DNA of 64,000 nt, taken from Candidatus Latescibacterota bacterium (GTDB lineage: Bacteria > Latescibacterota > UBA2968). The translations under genes and the position numbers were made by a program. Each line of letters opens with the position of its first letter. Position 1 is the stretch's first letter. Location of the stretch: NCBI GenBank assembly GCA_965207885.1, contig OZ242311.1, positions 4,256,001 to 4,320,000 of the forward strand, read 5' to 3'. A model generated the notes under the pieces. The model searched no databases, was not told the DNA's origin, and was given only the letters and a program-made list of their open reading frames with translations. Shown here one piece after another: positions 8,907 through 18,847 of the stretch.

Positions 8907-11261
8907 ATGGTTATGAAATCGATAATACTGGGAATTTTGTGCATTGCGCTGACTGCAACAGATGGTCTGGCAAAAGACGCTTCGCCAGAGGCCATTGCCG
9001 CGGCAGAGAGAGCATATCAAGAAGGGATGAAACACTTTGAGGCAGAAAATCTGGACGCGGCACTTGTATCGTTTCAATCTGCGATTGCCCAGAACGAAAA
9101 GTACGCACCCGCCTATGTGGGCCTGGGCCATGTCTATTTGAAACAGGGCGATCTGGCCGAAGCGGAAAAGGCGTTTAAGACCGCAGTCTCAAAAAACAAA
9201 AAATACGCGCCAGCTTACAATGGACTGGGCCTGGTCTATAGCCGGAAAAAGAACGAACTGCGTCGGGCAATTGCGTATTTTCGGGATGCAAATCGGGCAG
9301 ATAAAACGTACTCGGAAGCGCAATATAACCTGGCTCAAACCCTGGAAAATTACGGCAGCAGTGAGACCCTTAAAGCCTATCGCAATGTCTTAAAAATCGA
9401 TCCCAAACACCCCAATGCAAACTATCGCATAGGAATATTGCTCGATGCAGATGGAGAACGCGAAAAAGCCGTGCAAGCATATCGCGATCAATTAGAAGCA
9501 AAACCGGATCACCGCGGGGCACGCTTGAATCTGGGCATTGATCTGAAATTGCTCGGGCAATTGCGAGAGGCACTTCAGCACCTGCTCAAAGTTGCAACCG
9601 TTGCCAGCGATTTTCAACGTCGCGCCGTATTGGAATTGGCGCAGGTATTTCAAAGGGCAAAGGCATTTGACCAGTCTGCGCGATTATTTGAATCATATAT
9701 CAGACAGTTATCCGAAAAAGAACAAGAGACGTATTGCGATCTGAATCTCGTCGCATCGGGTCCTATTCTCAAAGAATATAACGATGCCGAGACACTTCCA
9801 GAAAAAAAACGCGTTTTTAGAACATTCTGGTCGCGTTTAGATCCGGCTCCCGTCACCGAAGCCAATGAACGGTTATTGGAACACTATCGCCGCGTCGCGT
9901 ATGCGCGTGAATTTTTTGGGACACTTCGATTTCCCTGGGACGCGCGCGGCGAAGCCTATATCCGCTATGGCGCGCCTGACCATGTGAGCAATTCGGGCAA
10001 TATTCAACTGGAGCGAACAAAAAAATTAGTTGACGTAAAAGAGCGGCTCATTCAAAAAGCCGGACCGGCAGTGGACCGGTTGCTCAGGGCGCGGGCCGAC
10101 CCGGTAGCATCGGGCATGACTGGTATGCAGAGGCAATTGCGCCGCGCCGAGCAACGAGGCCCCGGCGAACGACAACAAGTAACCAGTGGAACCATTTTGG
10201 GCTGGCCGGTATATCCGGTGGACGGGATATGGGAATACTGGATCTATGCCGATGTTGGCAATGGCATAGAGGTCGTATTTGAACAGCGCGCAAACCAGGG
10301 GGCCTGGGATTATGCCGATATACCCCTCGGCAGAGGGCGGATTGCTCGGATCTGGCAGGACATGCATCCGGAAATTGTCTTGAAACAGGTCGCAGTTCTT
10401 ACACCGATGACATATCGCCCCGACTTTGCGACGGGCGCATTGGATTTTTATTTCTCCTCATCTGCTTTTCGGGGGCAAGAGGGTTTGACCGCACTCGAAA
10501 TTTATTACGGTATTCCAACCGCGCAATTGCACTTTGCAGCCGGGCAAGATGGCGTGCAGATCGCACAATTAGATCGCGGCATTGTGGTTTACAATCAAGC
10601 GGGCGATCCCGTCTATCGCACGAGCCGAGAAATGGTACTGGGCGCATCGGGTGAAGCCACCCAGTCGCCTGGCGCGTATATGCCGGAACTGGACCGTTTG
10701 TTTTTAACGCCGGGCAATTATCGCATCTCCGTGCAGGTTCTGGATCGCCGTTCGAGAAAATCACAGGTGTATCATGTCAACCGCGTCGTACCCGAATTTG
10801 ATATAGACGACGAGTTAAAAATCAGCGATGTGGAACTCGCCGCCACCATCAATGTGGCCGACAAGAATCGGTTCCAAAAGGGCGATATCGAAGTGATCCC
10901 CATAGCCTCAAAAGCCTATTTGCCCGCGCAACCCGTGTTTATCTATTTCGAAATTTACAACTTAAAACGCAATGCCTTCGGCCAGACCAAATACCGCGTA
11001 TCTTATGTGGTGCGATCGCGCGATCAAAAGACCATCGGCGCGCGAATTTTGGGTGGCGTGGGCAAAATGCTCGGACAAAAGAGCGAGCAGGGCGTTGTTT
11101 CAATCGAATACGAACAAGTGGGAACAGAGACACAAGAACCGGGATATCTCGAATTGGATATGTCGCGCTCTGAACCGGGCGAAAAGACCGTAGAAATCGC
11201 GATTGTGGATGAAACAACAGGCCAGACAGCAACCGCGACAGCGACATTTGTCACTCAATAG
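8907..11261 (+). CDS. Exported TPR-repeat GWxTD-domain protein
   Basis: Signal peptide; TPR repeats; FWSRLDPAP...NERLLEHYRRVAYA...PWDARGEAYIRYGAPD (GWxTD-type motif). Confidence 0.8.
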   Translation: MVMKSIILGILCIALTATDGLAKDASPEAIAAAERAYQEGMKHFEAENLDAALVSFQSAIAQNEKYAPAYVGLGHVYLKQGDLAEAEKAFKTAVSKNKKYAPAYNGLGLVYSRKKNELRRAIAYFRDANRADKTYSEAQYNLAQTLENYGSSETLKAYRNVLKIDPKHPNANYRIGILLDADGEREKAVQAYRDQLEAKPDHRGARLNLGIDLKLLGQLREALQHLLKVATVASDFQRRAVLELAQVFQRAKAFDQSARLFESYIRQLSEKEQETYCDLNLVASGPILKEYNDAETLPEKKRVFRTFWSRLDPAPVTEANERLLEHYRRVAYAREFFGTLRFPWDARGEAYIRYGAPDHVSNSGNIQLERTKKLVDVKERLIQKAGPAVDRLLRARADPVASGMTGMQRQLRRAEQRGPGERQQVTSGTILGWPVYPVDGIWEYWIYADVGNGIEVVFEQRANQGAWDYADIPLGRGRIARIWQDMHPEIVLKQVAVLTPMTYRPDFATGALDFYFSSSAFRGQEGLTALEIYYGIPTAQLHFAAGQDGVQIAQLDRGIVVYNQAGDPVYRTSREMVLGASGEATQSPGAYMPELDRLFLTPGNYRISVQVLDRRSRKSQVYHVNRVVPEFDIDDELKISDVELAATINVADKNRFQKGDIEVIPIASKAYLPAQPVFIYFEIYNLKRNAFGQTKYRVSYVVRSRDQKTIGARILGGVGKMLGQKSEQGVVSIEYEQVGTETQEPGYLELDMSRSEPGEKTVEIAIVDETTGQTATATATFVTQ

Positions 11262-11277
11262 GACAGGAGCAAATTCA

Positions 11278-12621
11278 ATGCGTATTTTCGATGTTGAAAC
11301 CATGCGCGCACACGCGCGTGAGATTTTTGATACGGCAGTCAAAGCAGTTGATGCCGAACAGTGCGTGCGGCAATTTGTATCGCTGGATGACAATATTTTG
11401 CACATAGGCGATCAAAATTATGATTTAAGTGTTTACCACCGCATCCTGGTCGTGGGCACGGGCAAAGCCTCACCGAAAATGGGCGTAGCTCTGGAAGATA
11501 TATTGGGTGATCGCATCTCCGGTGGATCAATGAATACAAAATACGACCATGCATTGCCCTTAAAACATATCGACATAGTGGAATGCGGCCATCCTGTACC
11601 TGACGAATCGGGAGTTGACGGCGTCGGACGCATGGTTCATTTGCTGGAAAAAGCGGATGAAAACACGCTGGTGATTTGTTTGATCTCCGGTGGTGGCTCG
11701 GCACTCGCGCCCGCACCTGCTGATGGATTGACGCTTGCGGACAAACAAGAGACCACGAGCCTATTGTTGGCCTGCGGTGCAAATATTGTAGAACTCAATG
11801 CCATCCGCAAACATCTATCGCGCTTAAAAGGTGGGGGGTTAGCACGTGCGGCTTTTCCCGCAACAGTTGTCGCACTCATGTTGTCAGATGTGATTGGCGA
11901 TCCCATGGATGTCATTGCATCTGGCCCCACAGTGCCGGATACCGCAACATTTAAAACGTGTATGGATATTCTGGACAAATACGAATTGGTCGATAAAATA
12001 CCCGAAAGTGTTCGGCTGCGACTAAAAGCCGGTTTGGCCGGAGATATTGAAGATACGCCCAAGCCCGGTGATGCGGCGCTCTCCAAAGTTCAGAATCTCG
12101 TGGTCGGCAGCAATGGTTTGGCCGTAGCTGCGGCAAATAACAAAGCGATGGAATTGGGGTATAATGCCCTGGTATTATCTACGCGCATCGAGGGCGAGGC
12201 GAGAGAAGTCGCTTATGTATATGCGGGTATTGCCAAAGAAATTGTGACATCTGGACAGCCCATTGCGGCCCCGGCCTGCGTGATTGCCGGCGGAGAAACA
12301 ACCGTGCTGGTGAGCGGAGAGGGCAAGGGCGGGCGCAATCAAGAAATTCCGCTATCGGGCGCAATTCAATTGGCCGGATGGGACAATGTCGTACTATTTA
12401 GCGGAGGTACCGATGGCACCGATGGGCCAACCGATGCCGCGGGCGCCGTAGCCGATGGACAAACCATAGCGCGCGCAGAGGCACTGGGACTATCCGCGAT
12501 CGCGCATCTAAAAAACAATGACGCCTACCACTTTTTTAAACCGCTGGACGACCTGATCATCACCGGAGCAACAGGAACCAATGTGGCAGATGTCGCGCTG
12601 GTAATGGTCGGGAATGCATAA
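11278..12621 (+). CDS. Glycerate kinase type 2 (MOFRL family)
   Basis: GTGKAS, LISGGGSAL, GGETTV, GGRNQE, GTDGTDGPT and TGTNV motifs. Confidence 0.92.
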   Translation: MRIFDVETMRAHAREIFDTAVKAVDAEQCVRQFVSLDDNILHIGDQNYDLSVYHRILVVGTGKASPKMGVALEDILGDRISGGSMNTKYDHALPLKHIDIVECGHPVPDESGVDGVGRMVHLLEKADENTLVICLISGGGSALAPAPADGLTLADKQETTSLLLACGANIVELNAIRKHLSRLKGGGLARAAFPATVVALMLSDVIGDPMDVIASGPTVPDTATFKTCMDILDKYELVDKIPESVRLRLKAGLAGDIEDTPKPGDAALSKVQNLVVGSNGLAVAAANNKAMELGYNALVLSTRIEGEAREVAYVYAGIAKEIVTSGQPIAAPACVIAGGETTVLVSGEGKGGRNQEIPLSGAIQLAGWDNVVLFSGGTDGTDGPTDAAGAVADGQTIARAEALGLSAIAHLKNNDAYHFFKPLDDLIITGATGTNVADVALVMVGNA

Positions 12622-12639
12622 CTTCGGGAAATATGTCTC

Positions 12640-13413
12640 ATGTCCAATTTAACCGAACCCATCCTCAACGAAGTCGAAGTCGATTATTTCCGGCGCCACG
12701 GGTATATCATACGCACCGATTTACTCACCGTTGATGAACGCGACGAATTTATCGCCCTATTCGACCACGACCGCGAGCAATTTGTGTTTCGCTGGCATCC
12801 CTATGGCTATCACCAGCAAGCCAATTACGACGCGCTCGTCACCACGCCCGAATTTGACCGCGTGATTCGTCACCCAAAAATTCTCGCTGCAATCGAACAA
12901 CTCATGGGGGGACCGGTTTGCTTTGGCGAAATTGGCGCGCGTTATATGCCCCCTTACGACGGCGAACTGCACCGCAGTTGGCACCGCGATCGCCCCCACT
13001 GGGACGAGCATCCATTTCGAATGGACTATATCCAGCTCATGCTCTATCTCACGAACGTGGGCGCAGACACCCACTGTTTTTCACTCTCGCCCGAATCGGT
13101 TTACGAACCCACTCTCGAAGATAACGAAGCACAACTCAAACGCGGAGGCATCGCCGATATTCACGGTCCCGCAGGCACGGTCTGTCTCTTCAATGTCGCG
13201 GCACTACACACGGCTACCACGCGACCTACGAAATGCGACCGCAAAACCCTGCAAATATACTACGGACACCGCGACCACAAATACTTGGCCAACGACTCCA
13301 TCATCCCTCCCATCTTCTGGCGCGACCACAAAGACCCCGAAGTGCGCGCCTTTTACGGCAACCTCAACGAAGTCTCCAATATTTACAACAAAGCATTTGG
13401 AATCCAGCCATGA
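12640..13413 (+). CDS. PhyH-family dioxygenase
   Basis: FRRHGY, WHRD facial-triad motif, GPAGTVCLFNVAALH. Confidence 0.8.
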   Translation: MSNLTEPILNEVEVDYFRRHGYIIRTDLLTVDERDEFIALFDHDREQFVFRWHPYGYHQQANYDALVTTPEFDRVIRHPKILAAIEQLMGGPVCFGEIGARYMPPYDGELHRSWHRDRPHWDEHPFRMDYIQLMLYLTNVGADTHCFSLSPESVYEPTLEDNEAQLKRGGIADIHGPAGTVCLFNVAALHTATTRPTKCDRKTLQIYYGHRDHKYLANDSIIPPIFWRDHKDPEVRAFYGNLNEVSNIYNKAFGIQP

Positions 13414-14222
13414 CCTTCCGAACAACACCTCTCACGCCCAACTACGGCGTTGAAGTTCACGACATTGACCTCACCCAAATCAATGGCGAAATGGCCGAAG
13501 CCATTCTCGATGCAGTCAACGAACACGCCCTGCTTCTCTTTCGGAGGCAATCGCTCCACGACGAAGACATCTACACCCTCAGTGCTGCGCTCGGACCCGT
13601 CGCAGAACCCGCAGCCAGAGTCAATCACAGTCCCCGTTTCAAAGAAGTCAATTACCTCTCGAATTTGAACAATGATGAAGGAACATTTATCGGTGCTCCC
13701 ATCACAGACAATGACAGTAGCTGGCATACAGATCAGGCCTTTCGCAAAAATCCCGCCACACTATCCACGCTTTTCTGTATCATCGCCCCGGAACAAGGGG
13801 GCGGCACCAGCTTTTGTAGTACACACATGGGCTATGAAGCCCTTCCGAAAACACTCAAGAAGCACATCGAGAACATGCGCGTCAAATATCTGCCCGGCAA
13901 AATTCACGAAGTCGAACCCCTTGTAGTCACCCATCCTCTGGTACTCACCAGCCCGAGCACAGGTCGAAAAACTCTCTATCTGGCTCCCCACACGCGTGGA
14001 ATTGACGGGCTGGACGAAGCCGAAAGCCAGGCTCTCAAAAACGAACTGCTCACCTATCAACTCCGCCCACAGCACATATACCAGCACAACTATCGCATGG
14101 GCGACATGCTCATTTACGACAACGCACAACTCCTGCACAAACGCGACGCGTACAAAGGTCCCCGCTTCCTGAAAATCACGCGCGTCTTTCTTTCCCACGA
14201 CCGCTTCGCCATTCCCGACTGA
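13410..14222 (+). CDS. TauD/TfdA family 2-oxoglutarate dioxygenase
   Basis: WHTD, GGGTSF, HPLV and GDMLIYDNAQLLHKR motifs; ATGA overlap with the upstream gene. Confidence 0.88.
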   Translation: MTFRTTPLTPNYGVEVHDIDLTQINGEMAEAILDAVNEHALLLFRRQSLHDEDIYTLSAALGPVAEPAARVNHSPRFKEVNYLSNLNNDEGTFIGAPITDNDSSWHTDQAFRKNPATLSTLFCIIAPEQGGGTSFCSTHMGYEALPKTLKKHIENMRVKYLPGKIHEVEPLVVTHPLVLTSPSTGRKTLYLAPHTRGIDGLDEAESQALKNELLTYQLRPQHIYQHNYRMGDMLIYDNAQLLHKRDAYKGPRFLKITRVFLSHDRFAIPD

Positions 14223-14224
14223 CC

Positions 14225-16219
14225 ATGGCTGCAACATCTCCCCAACAAGAATCTCAAGCTATTCCCTCGCGCATCACGGGACGCTCTGTGTTCTTTGGCG
14301 CACTCACCGCCATTGCCCTCAATGTGTACACAGACCACGCCGGGTTGGTGATGGGATCGTCATCCCTGGTCAAATCGCAATACCCCATGGCCATGTTGCT
14401 GCCCTTTGTACTCTGGTTATTTGCCAATATCGGTCTCAAAACCTTCTGGCCCAAAGCGGCACTTTCGGGCACCGAACTGCTGGTCATCTACAGCATGTCC
14501 TGGATCGCGGGCGTTATTCCCCTCGAAGGTTGGGCAGCTTATTGGACGAGCACAATGGCCGTGCCCACCTATTATGCGTCACCTGAAAATCGCTGGACCG
14601 AAATTATCTTTGACATCTTGCCCTGGTGGACCCTGCCAGACATATCGCCTGCAGTCATTCGTCCTTTCTACGATGGATTGCCTCCCTATGGTTCCATCCC
14701 CTGGGTGGGCTGGTTGCAACCCCTATTCTGGTGGACCGCCATCTCATTGGCCGTTTTTACAGCGGGATTATGCCTGTGTATTCTCTTTCAGCGCCAGTGG
14801 GAAGACCACGAGCGACTCGCCTTTCCGCTTGCGCAATTTGCCGTAGAACTGACTTCTGGCTTTGATCAACCCGGACGCGTTCCCGGCATATTTCGCAACA
14901 AAATTTTCTGGGCGGGCTTTTTCACTGTTTTTGGCGTTTTCGCGTGGAATATCCTCGGTTATTTCGCCACGGGCTTGCCGCGCATCACCATCTATGCCGG
15001 GTACCTGAGCAAACAAATCGACCTCGCCCGCGACTTTCCACCCATTTACCTTCGCATCTTGCCCCCGGTAGTCGGCCTCACCTACTTCTGCAATCTCGAC
15101 ATCCTCTTCAGTTTTTGGGTTCTGCGCCTCGTCGCCATAGTCAAACTCGGCATCATGGACCGCACGGGTTTCACCCTGGGCCTGACCAACCAGCAGGCAA
15201 AATCATCCGAAATCATCAATCTCGAAAGCCACGGCGCCCTTGTTTTGCTGGCGCTCTGGTCTATTTGGGCCGCTCGGGGACACCTGTCTCGCGTCTGGCA
15301 AGCTGTTGTAGAAGGCCGACAGTCTGTTCATAACGACAGCATTATATCCTACCGCATGGCATTTATCGGCTTTATTCTGGCAACCACTTTCATCATCGGC
15401 TGGATGAGTGCAATGGGCATGTCTATCCCCATTGCACTCTTGCAAACCGCGCTACTCTACACGGCATATTTCACCGTCGCCAAATTCACGGCCGCCAGTG
15501 GTTTTCCCCATCTTCTACCCATATATGGTAAAGGCGGTGGCATGGTCTATACCTTTACAGGTACTGCCAACTTGACCCCCTCGGACTTTGTGGGTACTGA
15601 ATTTGTCAACTCCAGCGCCTTCTTTGGCAACACTCGCATTCCCGCATGGCCCGCGCTACCCCACCACTTGAAATTGCACGGCGCAACGCCAAACGCCCGC
15701 ATTGCCCGTATCGCCGTGCTGGCCTTCACCGCGGGCTTGCTCGCATCCTTCATCTTTATTATCTATCTGGCATACGCCCACGGGGGGCAAAATCTGCACA
15801 CAGCCCCATTTTCCGGCCGCTCAAACTCGGCCTCGGTCCGCCTCTACAGCAACATGACCAACCACATACTCAACGAACAAAAAACCGTTTTTGATCCATA
15901 TAAAATGGCCGTATGGTTCATTGGCATCTTTGAAGCGCTCGTGCTCATTGGCTTGCGAAGCCGCCTGCCCTGGTGGCCCCTGCACCCGATTGGCCTCGCC
16001 TTTCAAAATACCTCTGGTCCAAGAATCTACAGCTTCTCCATTTTTCTCACCTGGGCAGCCAAATCACTTTTCCTGCGTATCGGTGGCATTGCCCTGTACC
16101 GCCGCGCAGCACCTTATTTTATTGGTCTGCCAGTGGGCTATGTCACAGGCGTCATTGTTTCGTCTATTGTCGATCTCATCTGGTTCCCAACAGGTGGACA
16201 CTGGACACATGGATGGTAG
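14225..16219 (+). CDS. Polytopic membrane protein, DUF6785/DUF6784 type (putative transporter)
   Basis: Many TM helices; RQWEDHERLAFPL and WWPLHPIG motifs. Confidence 0.7.
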   Translation: MAATSPQQESQAIPSRITGRSVFFGALTAIALNVYTDHAGLVMGSSSLVKSQYPMAMLLPFVLWLFANIGLKTFWPKAALSGTELLVIYSMSWIAGVIPLEGWAAYWTSTMAVPTYYASPENRWTEIIFDILPWWTLPDISPAVIRPFYDGLPPYGSIPWVGWLQPLFWWTAISLAVFTAGLCLCILFQRQWEDHERLAFPLAQFAVELTSGFDQPGRVPGIFRNKIFWAGFFTVFGVFAWNILGYFATGLPRITIYAGYLSKQIDLARDFPPIYLRILPPVVGLTYFCNLDILFSFWVLRLVAIVKLGIMDRTGFTLGLTNQQAKSSEIINLESHGALVLLALWSIWAARGHLSRVWQAVVEGRQSVHNDSIISYRMAFIGFILATTFIIGWMSAMGMSIPIALLQTALLYTAYFTVAKFTAASGFPHLLPIYGKGGGMVYTFTGTANLTPSDFVGTEFVNSSAFFGNTRIPAWPALPHHLKLHGATPNARIARIAVLAFTAGLLASFIFIIYLAYAHGGQNLHTAPFSGRSNSASVRLYSNMTNHILNEQKTVFDPYKMAVWFIGIFEALVLIGLRSRLPWWPLHPIGLAFQNTSGPRIYSFSIFLTWAAKSLFLRIGGIALYRRAAPYFIGLPVGYVTGVIVSSIVDLIWFPTGGHWTHGW

Positions 16220-16247
16220 GCCTGGGACTACTACAGAAAGGTTTCTC

Positions 16248-16967
16248 ATGCCCAAACAAAAACACATTCTCATCACAGGCGGTGCGGGCTTTGTCGCTGG
16301 CATGTTGCGCCAGCACTGGGGCGCAACCTATCGCCTTCGGCTTGCAGATATAAACCCGGTTGAAAATCTTGCAGATCACGAAGAATTTGTCCGGATGGAT
16401 ATAACCAATCTCGACGAATTTCAAGCTGCTTGCCGGGACATTCATACCGTCATTCATCTCGCAGCCGATCGCAGTCCGCGTGCCGACTTTTACGAAACCT
16501 TACTCGACCTCAACATTATTGGTGCATACAATGCCTTTCACGCTGCACACCTGTGTGGTTGCAAGCGCATTGTTTTTGCCAGCTCGGTCAATGCCGTGTT
16601 GGGCTACCCGGGCGATTCCCCCATCGAATGGGATGTGCCCGTATTTCCCACCAATGTCTATGGTGCCACCAAATGCTGGGGCGAAGCCCTTGCGCGGGTA
16701 TATTCCGAAACCCACGGACTATCCTGTATCTGTGTGCGCCTGGGCGGGCCGAGATGGAATACCGATGAAATTTACGATCCAGACAAACCCAGCATGCTCA
16801 TCAGCCCCAGAGATACCGCGCAACTTTTTCAAAAATGCGTGGAAGCAGAGACCAACTTTGCCATTGTACATGGCGTATCTGATCACAAAAAATCCTATCT
16901 CGGAATTGATAGGACCAGGGAAGTATTGGGCTACGCCCCACAGGACGGCACAGCGAAAAGGCCGTAA
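16248..16967 (+). CDS. NAD-dependent epimerase/dehydratase (uronate dehydrogenase-like)
   Basis: ITGGAGFVA, FASSVNA and YGATK motifs. Confidence 0.85.
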   Translation: MPKQKHILITGGAGFVAGMLRQHWGATYRLRLADINPVENLADHEEFVRMDITNLDEFQAACRDIHTVIHLAADRSPRADFYETLLDLNIIGAYNAFHAAHLCGCKRIVFASSVNAVLGYPGDSPIEWDVPVFPTNVYGATKCWGEALARVYSETHGLSCICVRLGGPRWNTDEIYDPDKPSMLISPRDTAQLFQKCVEAETNFAIVHGVSDHKKSYLGIDRTREVLGYAPQDGTAKRP

Positions 16968-16982
16968 ACAGAAAGGATGCCC

Positions 16983-17435
16983 ATGGGAAAGGGAAAATTC
17001 TCATCGACAAAAACATATCACGATCTGCCCTGTGCACATCGTCAGGGATACCACGATGGTCACTGTCACTTTATTCACGGATACAACCGCGAGATCACGT
17101 TTTATTTTACCTGCAACGAACTCGACGAAAACCACTTTGTCGTCGATTTTAGCAAGCTCAAAAAGCTCAAAGCATGGTTGGAACACATGTTTGACCACAC
17201 CATGCTCATCAACGAAAATGATCCCGAACGCGAATTTTTTGAAGAAATGCACCGCCGGGAGCTGATCGACCTGCGAATTATGCCCAACGTTGGCATGGAA
17301 GCGTCATCAAAATATGTCTTTGATTACGCCGACAAACTCGTGCGCGACATGACCCAAAACCGATGCTGGGTCTATAAAGTTGAAACCCGCGAAAACACGA
17401 AAAACTCGGGCATATACGAACTTGTAGATGGCTGA
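16983..17435 (+). CDS. queD: 6-carboxytetrahydropterin synthase / PTPS family
   Basis: CAHRQ...HCHFIHGY, VVDF, FDHT and VETRE motifs. Confidence 0.85.
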   Translation: MGKGKFSSTKTYHDLPCAHRQGYHDGHCHFIHGYNREITFYFTCNELDENHFVVDFSKLKKLKAWLEHMFDHTMLINENDPEREFFEEMHRRELIDLRIMPNVGMEASSKYVFDYADKLVRDMTQNRCWVYKVETRENTKNSGIYELVDG

Positions 17436-17546
17436 TCTATACACCTGAATAGCATTTTTTATTTTACTGCACAAAATACTGCACATATTTTTTCTTATAA
17501 CACAATAAGTCAATTATATACAATGATTTATTGTGTTATTTTTTTC

Positions 17547-17575
17547 TTGACTTATGAACAAGTGTTCACTATATT
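17547..17575 (+). promoter_or_regulatory. sigma70 promoter containing a perfect LexA (Cheo-type) box
   Basis: TTGACT (17547-52), 17 bp, TATATT (17570-75); tGAACaagtGTTCa at 17555-17568 in the spacer. Confidence 0.7.
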
Positions 17576-17663
17576 GTTGTTCGTCACTACTGAGGCCATT
17601 TCACAGAATCAGATAGATCTTTCGCACAGGGTATAGGACCTCAGAACACCATAAGGAGGAAAC

Positions 17664-18644
17664 ATGATTTCCGAAACGAACCAGCATCGTGGGCAGGCTC
17701 TTCGCAAAGCCCCAGATCGCACCTCATCCTATGTGGGCGATGAACCCTCTCTGGCCTATTACTACAAGGAAATCGAACGACATCCACTGCTCACGCCAGA
17801 CGAAGAAAAAGCCCTGACAGAGCAAATTGCCCTGGGCAATCTACCAGGTGCTAGTACTCGTGCTCGGCGGGCAGGAGAACACGCCCGAGAAAAGCTCATC
17901 ACCAGCAACCTGCGCTTTGTCATTCACATTGCCAAAAATTTTAAGAATCAAGGGCTTCCCCTGGCCGACCTCATCAATGAAGGCAACATGGGTTTGATGA
18001 CTGCCGCCCGCAAATTCAAACCCGAAAAAGGTTACAAATTCATCACTTACGCAGTCTGGTGGATACGGCAGAACATCCTCAAAGCCCTCGAAGTTCAAAC
18101 CCGATCCATCCGGATTCCCGGCAATGTTGTCAACGACCTCAACAAACTGCGGAAAGTCGAAGCTGAAATGACTCAACACCTCGACCGGCAGCCCGATGCC
18201 GATGAACTCGCCCGAGAAACCGATCTGCCTTTAAAAAAAGTCACACACACCCTCGAATCGGCCTATAATACCATATCGCTGGATACCCCAATGTACGATG
18301 AAGTCACAAACTCAGCGCCACGGGCTGTCACCCTGCAAGAAACTCTATCGGATCCCCAAATATTGTCTCCAGAAGATGCCTATATCCAAAACACTATGCA
18401 CAACGATATACACAACGCGCTCAGTGCCTTACCAGATCGCGATCGGCAAATTCTACATCTCTATTACGGTTTCAGCGACCCGACAGAACGCGCCGAAGTC
18501 AGTAGTTCAAAACCCGCGACCTATCAACAAATAGGCGACAAACTGGGGGTAAGTAGAGAGCGGGTGCGCCAACTCAAAGAAGAGGCACTCAATCGGCTGC
18601 GGCATCCCACTCACAGTAAGCGACTTGCCACCTATTGTAGTTAA
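17664..18644 (+). CDS. RpoD/RpoS-family (non-primary) sigma70 factor
   Basis: Region 1.2 YYKEI..HPLLT; NLRFVIHIAK, DLINEGNMGL, KFITYAVWWIRQ; region 4 IGDKLGVSRERVRQ; no region 1.1. Confidence 0.92.
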   Translation: MISETNQHRGQALRKAPDRTSSYVGDEPSLAYYYKEIERHPLLTPDEEKALTEQIALGNLPGASTRARRAGEHAREKLITSNLRFVIHIAKNFKNQGLPLADLINEGNMGLMTAARKFKPEKGYKFITYAVWWIRQNILKALEVQTRSIRIPGNVVNDLNKLRKVEAEMTQHLDRQPDADELARETDLPLKKVTHTLESAYNTISLDTPMYDEVTNSAPRAVTLQETLSDPQILSPEDAYIQNTMHNDIHNALSALPDRDRQILHLYYGFSDPTERAEVSSSKPATYQQIGDKLGVSRERVRQLKEEALNRLRHPTHSKRLATYCS

Positions 18645-18697
18645 AGTGAAAAATTGTACACCGCGTGTTCCCTTAAAACACAGCCCTAACAAAACCT

Positions 18698-18728
18698 GAG
18701 CGTCGGCGCGATTTGCCGGCGCTCTTTG
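18698..18728 (+). terminator. Putative intrinsic terminator
   Basis: GAGCGTCGGC...GCCGGCGCTC followed by TTT. Confidence 0.55.
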
Positions 18729-18847
18729 TGCTTCTACACCCTTGTATTTCTACTTGCGTTTAAAGCCGAAACCTTGCTATTTACAATATTCAAACGATCT
18801 TCTTGGAAAGTTGCACACCGCTTATTAGCTCACAATGAGAATCAACT

